Shown one piece after another: positions 34,430 through 42,644 of a stretch of DNA of 63,633 nucleotides. The stretch comes from Planctomycetota bacterium (GTDB lineage: Bacteria; Planctomycetota; MHYJ01; JACQXL01), in NCBI GenBank assembly GCA_040753835.1, contig JBFMDM010000001.1:1-63633 (forward strand), in the 5' to 3' direction. The position numbers and the translations under genes are program-made. Under the pieces are notes generated by a model that saw only the letters and a program-made list of their open reading frames with translations, had not been told where the DNA came from and ran no database searches. Numbering within the stretch: the first letter of the stretch is position 1; every line of letters starts with the position of its first letter.

Positions 34430-35431
34430 ATGAAGTTCGGCGAGTTTGGGATATTTCCGGTCAGCGACGGGTTTTTCCGCTTAGACGGCGGCGCGATGTT
34501 CGGCGTGGTGCCCCGTGTGCTCTGGGAAAAACGCGCTCCCCCGGATGCCAAGAACCGCATCCGGATGGGCCTCTGGTGCCTGCTTATCCAAGCCGCAGGC
34601 AAGAATATCCTCGTTAATACCGGCATCGGCAATAAATACACCCTCCGCTTCAACGAGATTTATGGGATTAAGCATCCGCCCTCGCTCATCTCGTCCCTGG
34701 CCGAACATAATGTCAAGCCAACCGATATTGATATGGTGATTCTGACCCACCTGCATTTTGACCACTGCGGCGGGAATACGGTTTATCAGGACCCGGATGC
34801 CGGGCTGGCTTATCCGCGGTCATCGCCGCTTTTGCCGGCCTTTCCCAATGCCCGGTATATTGTGCAGGAAGCGGAGTGGCAAAGGGCCGTTAATCCCAAC
34901 GAGCGCACCAGGGCCAGTTACATCAGGGAAAACATTATACCTATCAGGGATGCCGGACTGCTGGATTTGATTGAGGGCAATAAGGAACTCCTGCCCCCGC
35001 CCCCGCCGGCTCCGCCTGGCGAGGCGAGCGAAGGCGTCGCCCTTCGGCCCGCTCCGCTCTCGCTGAAGCGAGGCGAGGGCGAACCTCGCCCTGTTGGGCG
35101 GGAGGTTCGCCCTAATGGCGGCGGCGTCTCGGTCCGGGTTACCGGCGGACATACCAGGGGGCACCAGATTGTCTTTATAGAGTCCGGCGGCAAAAAGGCG
35201 GTCTTCTGGAGCGACCTGATTCCCACTACCGCGCACCTTGACCTGCCTTATATTATGAGTTACGACCTTTTTCCCGAAGAGACCTTAGAGGAGAAGAAAC
35301 ATCTGGTGGAGCAGGCCATAAGCGAGAAATGGCTCTGTTTTTGGGAGCACGACCCGGTGGTGAATTGCGGGTATATCCAGCGGAACGAAGAGGGCAGGCC
35401 GGTGGTTCAGCCGATATCTGAAAAACCTTGA
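34430..35431 (+). CDS. MBL-fold metallo-hydrolase with a ~45-aa in-frame hairpin-module insertion
   Basis: THLHFDHCGG and GGHTRGH motifs. An insertion (PPPPAPPGEASEGVALRPAPLSLKRGEGEPRPVGREVRPNGG) lies between conserved blocks. Confidence 0.8.
   Translation: MKFGEFGIFPVSDGFFRLDGGAMFGVVPRVLWEKRAPPDAKNRIRMGLWCLLIQAAGKNILVNTGIGNKYTLRFNEIYGIKHPPSLISSLAEHNVKPTDIDMVILTHLHFDHCGGNTVYQDPDAGLAYPRSSPLLPAFPNARYIVQEAEWQRAVNPNERTRASYIRENIIPIRDAGLLDLIEGNKELLPPPPPAPPGEASEGVALRPAPLSLKRGEGEPRPVGREVRPNGGGVSVRVTGGHTRGHQIVFIESGGKKAVFWSDLIPTTAHLDLPYIMSYDLFPEETLEEKKHLVEQAISEKWLCFWEHDPVVNCGYIQRNEEGRPVVQPISEKP
34990..35130. repeat. Composite in-frame insertion of GC-rich hairpin modules inside the MBL hydrolase gene
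   Basis: Stems such as AGGGCGA-acc-TCGCCCT and GCGAG...CTCGC. The same words occur in the adjacent intergenic region 35480-35590. Confidence 0.7.
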
Positions 35432-35691
35432 CTTTTTATCCGGTTAGGGATATAATAGAATTTAACGAAAAGAATGCCCGCCTGCGTCCCCCTGGGACTA
35501 CGGCGCGGCGTCGCCTTTTGAGGCGAACCTTCCGCCTTAGGCGCCGCCTCTGGCGAGCATCGCCCTTCGGGGCGGGAGGTCTAACTGGCCTCAAAGGAAA
35601 GTCCCGACAAAAACTGTCGGGATAAGATACTGTAACGGACTTTCCCGAAAGCATTCTGGGAATTCCTAACAGTATCTAAAAGGAGATTTAT

Positions 35692-36390
35692 ATGATAAAT
35701 AAGTTATTAGCCGGAGCCGTGGCGGTTCTGACCCTGGCCGGTTGCGCCGGGACACGGGTCTCCTCAACCTATTCGGTTGATACCACGCCGGTAAAGACGT
35801 ACGCGCCGCCGCCGGCCGCCATCAAGGTGAAGACCATCGCGGTCCTGCCTTTCAAGGATAAGACCGCGAACAGCCCGATTAAAGGCGATGTGGGTAGTAT
35901 GGCGGTTGACCAGTTGACCACGTTGTTGGTCAATACCGAGCGGTTTTCGGTGATTGAGCGTGAGCGGCTGGATGCGGTCCTGGCCGAGCAGGGCCTGGCC
36001 GGCAAGGGTATTGTGGATTCGGCTACCGCGGCACAGGTCGGCAAGATTCTGGGCGTTGACCTGATTTTCACCGGCGCGGTTACCAACTGGGAGGTCAAGG
36101 AAACGCGCTCGGCCACCTTTGTTCTGGTGGGCGGCGGGTCTGAAAAAGCCATTGATATTGACCTGGCCCTGGACGGGCGGATTATTGATACGACCACAGG
36201 CCAGATTTATGTCGCCGATTCGGGCGAGATTAAGCGCCAGGAAAAGGTCTCCTCCACGGCTATCTTGAGTTTTTCGCCGGGCGGCTATGTCAAACTGGAC
36301 CAGTCCGTGGCCGGCAAGCAACTGCGTTTGGCTTTGGATAATATGCTTTCCAAAATGGTTCCCAAGGTGGATGCCAAATTCAGCAGGTAG
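35692..36390 (+). CDS. CsgG-family lipoprotein (curli-type secretion channel family), copy 1
   Basis: Lipobox LTLAGC, plus LPFKDKT...MAVDQLTTLLVNTERFSVIERERLDAVLAEQ...KILGVDLIFTGAVTNWE. Confidence 0.75.
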   Translation: MINKLLAGAVAVLTLAGCAGTRVSSTYSVDTTPVKTYAPPPAAIKVKTIAVLPFKDKTANSPIKGDVGSMAVDQLTTLLVNTERFSVIERERLDAVLAEQGLAGKGIVDSATAAQVGKILGVDLIFTGAVTNWEVKETRSATFVLVGGGSEKAIDIDLALDGRIIDTTTGQIYVADSGEIKRQEKVSSTAILSFSPGGYVKLDQSVAGKQLRLALDNMLSKMVPKVDAKFSR

Positions 36391-36397
36391 ATGCAGA

Positions 36398-37192
36398 ATG
36401 AAAAGAAGCGGATTGCTGGTTTTTGCCGTTTGCTTTTTGGTTGTCGCTTTAATATCGGGATGCGCAACCGCTGGAACCAGGACTACTTACGAGGACGACG
36501 ACAGCAAATGCGGGATTTACCCGCCGCCTCCGGCTAATTTCGTCCGGAAGCGGATAGCGATAATCCCTTTTAAGGACAAGACCAACCAGCAGTATACCAA
36601 GACCGACCTGGGCTCGCAGGCCGTGGATATCGGGATAACCTTATTGCTCAACGCCGAGCGGTTTGATGTGGTGGAGCGTGAGCGGCTGGATGCGGTCCTG
36701 GCCGAGCAGAAACTGGTCGGCATCGTTGACCCTGAGACCGCGGCCAGGGCCGGGAAGATTCTGGGCGTGGACCTGATACTTACCGGCGCGGTAACCAATT
36801 TTGAGATAAAACACTCAAAGACCGGCGGGAGTTTCGCCCTGCCACGGATGGGCAAGATACCGGCCTTTGACATAGAAAAGCGGACATCCATTATGGAAAT
36901 TTTGATGGCGCTTGACGGCCGGGTGATTGAGGTGGAAACCGGCCGGGTTCTCTTTGCCGGCTCGGGTGAAATCAAGCGGGAGGAAAGGGCGGATAACTGG
37001 GGCATCATCCTGGAAACCGGGGCGCATGCTTCATCCAGGGAGAAAATCAGGATAGACCAGAACGCGGCCGGCAAGCAATTGCGCTTTACCCTGGACGCGC
37101 TGATTAAGAAGATTATTCCCAAGGTTGACGCGGCCTACGGCGCAGCGCCGGCTCCGGCAACGCCGGCCCAGGTCATTGAAACAAAACCCTGA
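36398..37192 (+). CDS. CsgG-family lipoprotein, copy 2
   Basis: Lipobox LISGC, plus IPFKDKT...RFDVVERERLDAVLAEQ...KILGVDLILTGAVTNFE. The start was taken at the internal ATG 36398. Confidence 0.75.
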   Translation: MKRSGLLVFAVCFLVVALISGCATAGTRTTYEDDDSKCGIYPPPPANFVRKRIAIIPFKDKTNQQYTKTDLGSQAVDIGITLLLNAERFDVVERERLDAVLAEQKLVGIVDPETAARAGKILGVDLILTGAVTNFEIKHSKTGGSFALPRMGKIPAFDIEKRTSIMEILMALDGRVIEVETGRVLFAGSGEIKREERADNWGIILETGAHASSREKIRIDQNAAGKQLRFTLDALIKKIIPKVDAAYGAAPAPATPAQVIETKP

Positions 37193-37244
37193 ATCAATGC
37201 AACTTGATTGAGCAAGACGGGGTTAAATAGAACAGGAAGTATTT

Positions 37245-37721
37245 ATGGAAAAGACACTGGTAATCATAAAACCGGACGGCGTCCAGCGGAGATTAACAGG
37301 CGAGATTATCAGCCGGTTTGAACGCAAGGGGCTGAAGATAGCGGCCTTGAAGATGCTCAAGGTCTCGCCCAAGCAGGCCGAGACGCTCTATGCGGTGCAT
37401 AAGAAGAAGCAGTTCTACCAGGGATTGCTTAAGTTCATCACGGCCGGGCCCGTGGTTACAATGGTGATAGAGGCAATCGGAGCGGTGAATATCTGCCGTA
37501 AACTGCTCGGCGCGACCTTCGGGCCGGACGCCGAGGCCGGCACCATCCGCGGCGACTTCGGGGCGAGCATAAGTTATAACCTCATTCACGCCTCAGATTC
37601 GCCCGAGGCCGCCCAGAACGAAATAGCCATATTCTTCAAGGATACCGAAATTCTGTCTTATACAATGGATAACATTAAATGGGTCTATCATCCTTCAGAG
37701 GAGAAGGAGATGGAGGAATAA
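37245..37721 (+). CDS. ndk: Nucleoside-diphosphate kinase
   Basis: EKTLVIIKPDGVQR, GTIRGDFG and N.IHASDS (active-site His). Confidence 0.95.
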   Translation: MEKTLVIIKPDGVQRRLTGEIISRFERKGLKIAALKMLKVSPKQAETLYAVHKKKQFYQGLLKFITAGPVVTMVIEAIGAVNICRKLLGATFGPDAEAGTIRGDFGASISYNLIHASDSPEAAQNEIAIFFKDTEILSYTMDNIKWVYHPSEEKEMEE

Positions 37722-37850
37722 AGACATTCTATAAAGAATCCCGCCCAAAAGGGCGAGTTTCGCTATAGGCGACAAGGAAAATCCCGCCATTTGGCGTGGT
37801 CTAAGTCGCTGTAAGGGCTAAAGCCCAACAGCGGCTAAGAGGAGTTACCG

Positions 37851-38378
37851 ATGAGAAACAAGAATAACCGCGGACTTGCCTCGCACATAAGCGATGATGA
37901 AATATTGAGGAATGAAAGTTCCCCGAATTTGGCGGTGAAGGATACAAAACGGCACGGCCATTTATGTGCGGGATTCACCCTGATTGAACTGCTGATGGTG
38001 GTAACGATTATCGGGATACTGGCCGCGATAGCGGTTCCGAAATTTGTCGGGCTTGGGAAAAAGGCGTCTATAAAGGCGTCTATTGCAGAGATAAGGGTTA
38101 TTGGCTCGGCGCTGGAGCGATACGAGATGGACAACCAGATGTTTCCCTCAACCGAACAGGGCCTTAAGGCGCTTATTGAAAAGCCGTCCACCTCGCCGGT
38201 GCCTAGGGACTGGAACGGCCCTTATTTAAGCGAGGATATTAACGACCCGTGGGATAATCCGTATCAATACCGGAATCCGCCCCAGAGCGGCCGGACCGAT
38301 TACGACCTCTGGTCCAAGGGGCCGGACGGTACGGACGGAACTGCAGATGATGTTACAAACTGGAAAAAAGAGAAATAA
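37851..38378 (+). CDS. gspG: Type II secretion major pseudopilin GspG with a MITE-encoded extended leader
   Basis: SD AAGAGGAG, GFTLIELLMVVTIIGILAAIAVPKF, and the GspG C-terminal block WNGPYL...DPWDNPYQY...DLWSKGPDG. Confidence 0.85.
   Translation: MRNKNNRGLASHISDDEILRNESSPNLAVKDTKRHGHLCAGFTLIELLMVVTIIGILAAIAVPKFVGLGKKASIKASIAEIRVIGSALERYEMDNQMFPSTEQGLKALIEKPSTSPVPRDWNGPYLSEDINDPWDNPYQYRNPPQSGRTDYDLWSKGPDGTDGTADDVTNWKKEK
37879..37972. mobile_element. CACATAA-MITE copy inserted in-frame in the gspG leader
   Basis: Termini are cctcgcacataa (37879-37890) and ttatgtgcggg (37962-37972). Removing it leaves MRNKNNRG|FTLIELL. Confidence 0.75.
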
Positions 38379-38748
38379 CCCCCCCCTGATTAACCGGGCC
38401 GGAATAACACTTCTTGAGGTTCTGGTTGCCATTTCCATCTTTGCCGTCTGCATTGTGGCGATTTTCCAGGCGTTCATCAGCGCCTTTGACGCCCAGTTAA
38501 GGGCTGAGAGTTATTCAAGGGCGCTGATGGTGGTTTCGGATGCGCTGGAATACGCCGAGGAGTTTAAGGTGCCACAGGGCGCGGAAGAATCAACTGAAGG
38601 CGCCACCCGCATCAGTTGGGAATTCACCCAGAATGATATTGAGGACTACCAGAAACTGAAAGAGATTGTCGTTGACACAACCTGGGAACACGGCAAGCGA
38701 AACGGCAGATTCTCTTTAACAACCTATTTCTGGAACCCGCAGAAGTAA
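38347..38748 (+). CDS. Minor pseudopilin (GspI-like)
   Basis: Prepilin-type N-terminus RAG|ITLLEVLVAISIFAV; 133 aa; overlaps the gspG end. Confidence 0.6.
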   Translation: MMLQTGKKRNNPPLINRAGITLLEVLVAISIFAVCIVAIFQAFISAFDAQLRAESYSRALMVVSDALEYAEEFKVPQGAEESTEGATRISWEFTQNDIEDYQKLKEIVVDTTWEHGKRNGRFSLTTYFWNPQK

Positions 38749-38755
38749 CGATAAA

Positions 38756-39523
38756 ATGAAGAAGACAGGATTAAGGGGACTTACCTCGCACATAAACGGG
38801 GATGAAACAACGCCGGAGGCAAATGTGTCAGCCCTGAATCTTACGCCAAAAGGTGTAGTGAGACGCGGTTATTTATGTGCGGGGTTCACTCTTATAGAAC
38901 TGCTGATAGCCAGCGTCTTGACGGCCTTGGTTGCCTTGGCCGCATATCACGCCTTTAGCCAGGGGATTCTAATCTGGAAAAAGGGCCAGGAAAACACCAA
39001 TCAAGACAAGGCGCTGATGGCAATGGAAAGGATATCACGCGAACTGAAGAATATGTTTTCCTTTGAACCGGTCGGGTTCAGCGGCGAGGAGACGAAGGTT
39101 TCCTTTCCCTGCCTGGCCTATAGATATGATTGGATAGAGCCGAACGAGGAAGCGATAATAGAGCCGGTCTCGGCCACGGCAGAAACCGCGCCGTTGCCGC
39201 TTATTACCAAGGCCACCTATGAATATAATCAGAGCGAGGAGAAACTTTCGCGCCTTGAAGAGGTATATGCCTATCCGGACCTGGAGGAGTTAAAGACCAA
39301 GACGGACTGGGCGAAGAAGGACTCCAGCCGCATTATCCTGGAGGATGTGGAGATACTGAAATTCTCCTACGCCATCACCAAGACGCCGGAACTCAGTTTT
39401 TCCAACAGCGTCATCAACTCCGGCATTCCGTATGCCGTGAAAATAGAGTTGAAACTGAAGAGTATGAAAGACGCCTTAACGCGCACCATACTTGTCCCGG
39501 TTATCAAACCGCCTATAAACTGA
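38756..39523 (+). CDS. Minor pseudopilin (GspJ-like) with a MITE-encoded extended leader
   Basis: GFTLIELLIASVLTALVALAAY, and a leader paralogous to that of gspG (RGLTSHINGDE...YLCAG). Confidence 0.65.
   Translation: MKKTGLRGLTSHINGDETTPEANVSALNLTPKGVVRRGYLCAGFTLIELLIASVLTALVALAAYHAFSQGILIWKKGQENTNQDKALMAMERISRELKNMFSFEPVGFSGEETKVSFPCLAYRYDWIEPNEEAIIEPVSATAETAPLPLITKATYEYNQSEEKLSRLEEVYAYPDLEELKTKTDWAKKDSSRIILEDVEILKFSYAITKTPELSFSNSVINSGIPYAVKIELKLKSMKDALTRTILVPVIKPPIN
38784..38884. mobile_element. CACATAA-MITE copy inserted in-frame in the GspJ-like leader
   Basis: Termini are cctcgcacataa (38784-38795) and ttatgtgcgggg (38873-38884). Removing it leaves MKKTGLRG|FTLIELL. Confidence 0.75.
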
Positions 39524-39528
39524 TACTT

Positions 39529-40569
39529 ATGAGAAACGGCAGTGTTCTGGTGATTGTGCTCTGGATAATAATCATTCTTACCATTCTTGCGGTGAGCGTC
39601 AGTATTGTCTCCTCGTCCCAGGTGTTTTTCACCAGGCGATACCGCTCGCAGGTAACGGAATATTTTATTGTCCGGGCCGGCATAGCCCTGTGCCTGGCTG
39701 AACTAAACCGGGACAAGGAACTCAATACCTATGATGCCTTAAACGAGGAGTGGAGCAACAAGCAGGAGTTTTTTGGCGAGAGGCCGATGGGCAACGGGTT
39801 CCTGAGCGTTTCGTATGAATATTCCAACTATCTTACGGTTCTTTCAGACGAGGGTAGCAAGGTGGTAACCAACACCTTTTACGGGATGGTTGACGAGGAG
39901 CGCAGGATAAATATCAACACGGCCAGCGCGGCTGTTTTGCAGACGTTATTCCGGAACCAAGCGGTTCTTTCGCCCCTGCAAGCCGGGGAAATCGCGGACA
40001 GCATCATTGACTGGCGCGATACCGACCAGACCAGACGGGAAAACGGAGCCGAGAACAGTTATTACCAGAGTTTGTCGTCTCCGTATTCCTGCAAGAATAA
40101 CAAGTTTGATATACCCGAGGAACTCATCCTGGTGCGGGGAATGCGGCCCGAGATTTTCCAGTCCGTTAAGGAATTTATCACGGTCTACGGAGACGGCAAG
40201 GTTAATATCAATACCGCGCCCAGGCCGGTTCTGCTGGCGCTCGGTATGTCCGAGGCGCTGGCCGAAAAGGTCATCCGTTGCCGGGCCGGCCCGGACGAAA
40301 CAGAGGGCACCGAGGATGACGAGGTTTTTACCCAGCCCTCGGCCATCGTCAGCGCCCTGAACCGGAAACAATCACTTACCCAGGAGGAAACCACCCAGAT
40401 AAATAATCTGATTAGCACCAGCGCCATCGGCGTAAAATCCGCCTATTTTCGGATTAATTCAGCCGGTTATCTTGCCGATATAAACACCGGAGAAATAGAC
40501 CGTAAAAATAGTAAGAGAATTACTTGTATTATCAACCGAAATGGTAAGATAGCATACTGGCAGGAGTAA
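39529..40569 (+). CDS. gspK: Type II secretion minor pseudopilin GspK
   Basis: N-terminal GSVLVIVLWIIIILTILAV, INTASAAVLQTLF, IIDWRDTDQ and VNINTAPRPVLLAL. Confidence 0.75.
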   Translation: MRNGSVLVIVLWIIIILTILAVSVSIVSSSQVFFTRRYRSQVTEYFIVRAGIALCLAELNRDKELNTYDALNEEWSNKQEFFGERPMGNGFLSVSYEYSNYLTVLSDEGSKVVTNTFYGMVDEERRININTASAAVLQTLFRNQAVLSPLQAGEIADSIIDWRDTDQTRRENGAENSYYQSLSSPYSCKNNKFDIPEELILVRGMRPEIFQSVKEFITVYGDGKVNINTAPRPVLLALGMSEALAEKVIRCRAGPDETEGTEDDEVFTQPSAIVSALNRKQSLTQEETTQINNLISTSAIGVKSAYFRINSAGYLADINTGEIDRKNSKRITCIINRNGKIAYWQE

Positions 40570-40597
40570 TTCATAACCCATAATTCATAATTATAAA

Positions 40598-42055
40598 ATG
40601 TTCGGTTCCAAAGATTTACTCGGTATTGAGATAGGCGGCCAGTATCTTAAAATCATCCATTTTAGCAGGAAGTTTGAGATACTGAACTGGGTTTCCACCG
40701 ATATCCGGACCCTGAATGACGATGGTATCGTGGAATTTATCCGCAACTATATCCAGGAAAAAGGGATAAAGTCAACCGATGTAATCAACCCCATCCCGGC
40801 CCGCTATACGATTACCAAGAATATAGAATTGCCTTCAACCAATCCGTCTGAAATCAAGCAAATTATCAAACTCCAGGCCGGGCATCATTCGCCCTATTCG
40901 CCTGAAGAGATTATCATTGACTATATCCCCATCGGCGTTTTCCGGGGCGGCTATACCAGGATATTCCTGATAATCGTCAACCGCGACAACATCAAGCGCA
41001 ATTTTGACATCATAGAGCGTTCCGGCCTGAAGTTGAAAAGAATCGTCCTGTCGCTGGAGACGATGGTCCTGTGGTATAAAGACCGTTCTCCGGCGGCCCC
41101 TCTGGGAATGCTTCATCTGGATGCGGATAATACTGATTTCCTGGTGATTAAAGAGCAAAAGCCCATCTTCCTGCGCAATATTCCGGTCGGCGTGGAGCAG
41201 ATATTATACGACCGCGATAAATACTTTCCGCAGTTATTGGAGGAGATAAATCATTCTTTGGAGGCGTATCAGACCGAGCAATTGGAGTCGCTTTCCGGGG
41301 TGGTTGCCTGCGGCGCCACGGTTAATGCCGCCGAATTCCTGCGGCTGATTCCGGAAAAGACCAATCTCGCGGTTGATATTGACGAACAACTTGAGGGCCT
41401 GAAACTTGCGCCGACCGCGCCGGATATCAAAGGCGTGGCCGCCGACCTCTCGGTCATTGGCCTGGCCGCCGGCGTTATCAAGCAGAACAAGACCCATCTT
41501 GACCTGACGCCTGAAGAGGTGAAAGTCCGCGAGGCCATGGCCGAGAAAAGCCGCGATATCATCTGGCTCGGCACGCTTCTGTTTTTTATTCTGATACTGT
41601 TCCTTTCGGTTTTCGCCCAGAAGATATGGATGAAGACCAGAATGGTGGATACGTTGGAGAAGGAAAACCAGAAATACCAGCAGGAGGCGGGTCAGTTAAA
41701 GAACACCAAGAAGCAGATTGAGCAGGTGAAAAACCATTTCCGGCGCCGGAATTTCCCGCTGGAAGCCCTGGTGGAGATTCATAAGTGTATGACTACGGAT
41801 ATTTACCTGACAAACCTGCAGGTAGATGACCAGCAGGGCAAGGGCGACCAAAACGCCACCAAGATAACATTAAGAGGAATCGCAAATACAACGGCCGATA
41901 TCAACCAGTTGGCGGAACGGCTGGAAAAGTCAAAATACTTCAAGGACATCAAACCTCCGAACGCCACACCCCGCGAAGAGATTGACCGCGCGACCGGCAA
42001 GACGAGAAAAGTGGTTGACTTTGACATAAGCGGTAAACTGGAGGTAATAAACTAA
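40598..42055 (+). CDS. PilM/GspL-like actin-fold protein fused to a PilN-like TM/coiled-coil segment
   Basis: LLGIEIGGQYLKIIHF..., a central TM IIWLGTLLFFILILFLSVF, and a C-terminal PilN-like region. Confidence 0.6.
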   Translation: MFGSKDLLGIEIGGQYLKIIHFSRKFEILNWVSTDIRTLNDDGIVEFIRNYIQEKGIKSTDVINPIPARYTITKNIELPSTNPSEIKQIIKLQAGHHSPYSPEEIIIDYIPIGVFRGGYTRIFLIIVNRDNIKRNFDIIERSGLKLKRIVLSLETMVLWYKDRSPAAPLGMLHLDADNTDFLVIKEQKPIFLRNIPVGVEQILYDRDKYFPQLLEEINHSLEAYQTEQLESLSGVVACGATVNAAEFLRLIPEKTNLAVDIDEQLEGLKLAPTAPDIKGVAADLSVIGLAAGVIKQNKTHLDLTPEEVKVREAMAEKSRDIIWLGTLLFFILILFLSVFAQKIWMKTRMVDTLEKENQKYQQEAGQLKNTKKQIEQVKNHFRRRNFPLEALVEIHKCMTTDIYLTNLQVDDQQGKGDQNATKITLRGIANTTADINQLAERLEKSKYFKDIKPPNATPREEIDRATGKTRKVVDFDISGKLEVIN

Positions 42056-42056
42056 G

Positions 42057-42581
42057 ATGAAGTTTTTCTCCAAACTATCTTCAAGAGAACGGATGTTCGT
42101 TTATATTACCGCCCTGATTATTATCCTTTTTGTGGTGGATAAGTTTATCTTCAGCGGGATGGTTGCCCGGATTGATAAACTGGATGAGCGGATAGAGGCG
42201 CTGACCGCAGAGTTGTCTGACAATAAAAATATTATTGCGGGTAAGGATAAAATAAGCCGGGAGAACGAAATCTACGGTAAATATCTGGTCAAAGAGCCGA
42301 GACCGGATATGGAATTGTCCAAGGTTGTGGATACCCTGGCGATACAATCAGAATTAGGCAAGCCGGAACTTAAGCCGGTTAAAGTGAAGGAAACGGAAGC
42401 GAACAGGTTTCTTATAGAGGTAAACGCCGAAGGCACAATGAAGAACGTAATTAATTTTATGTATAACCTGAATGCGAGTTCTTCTCTGCTTAAGGTGGAA
42501 AGAATAGACCTTTCGCCTAGGGCGGCAAAGTCGGATAAGTTGAAGATAAATATTTTAATATCCAAGACGGTCGTCCAATAG
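42057..42581 (+). CDS. PilO/GspM-like assembly protein
   Basis: 174 aa with N-terminal TM MFVYITALIIILFVV followed by a coiled coil. The start overlaps the previous stop region. Confidence 0.5.
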   Translation: MKFFSKLSSRERMFVYITALIIILFVVDKFIFSGMVARIDKLDERIEALTAELSDNKNIIAGKDKISRENEIYGKYLVKEPRPDMELSKVVDTLAIQSELGKPELKPVKVKETEANRFLIEVNAEGTMKNVINFMYNLNASSSLLKVERIDLSPRAAKSDKLKINILISKTVVQ

Positions 42582-42644
42582 CCCGAATCCCGCCGAAGGC
42601 GGGATAGCCCGGCTCGTAATTTCCTTTAGTAAGGCGGTCTGCCG

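Noticed and set aside
35428-35654. Two overlapping Arg-rich ORFs (65 and 72 aa) on opposite strands after the MBL gene.
   Set aside because: Both are read through chains of GC-rich hairpin modules (cgccttttgaggcg, gccttaggcgccgcctctggcgag...). Their palindromic DNA leaves both strands open, and there are no SD or protein-like features.
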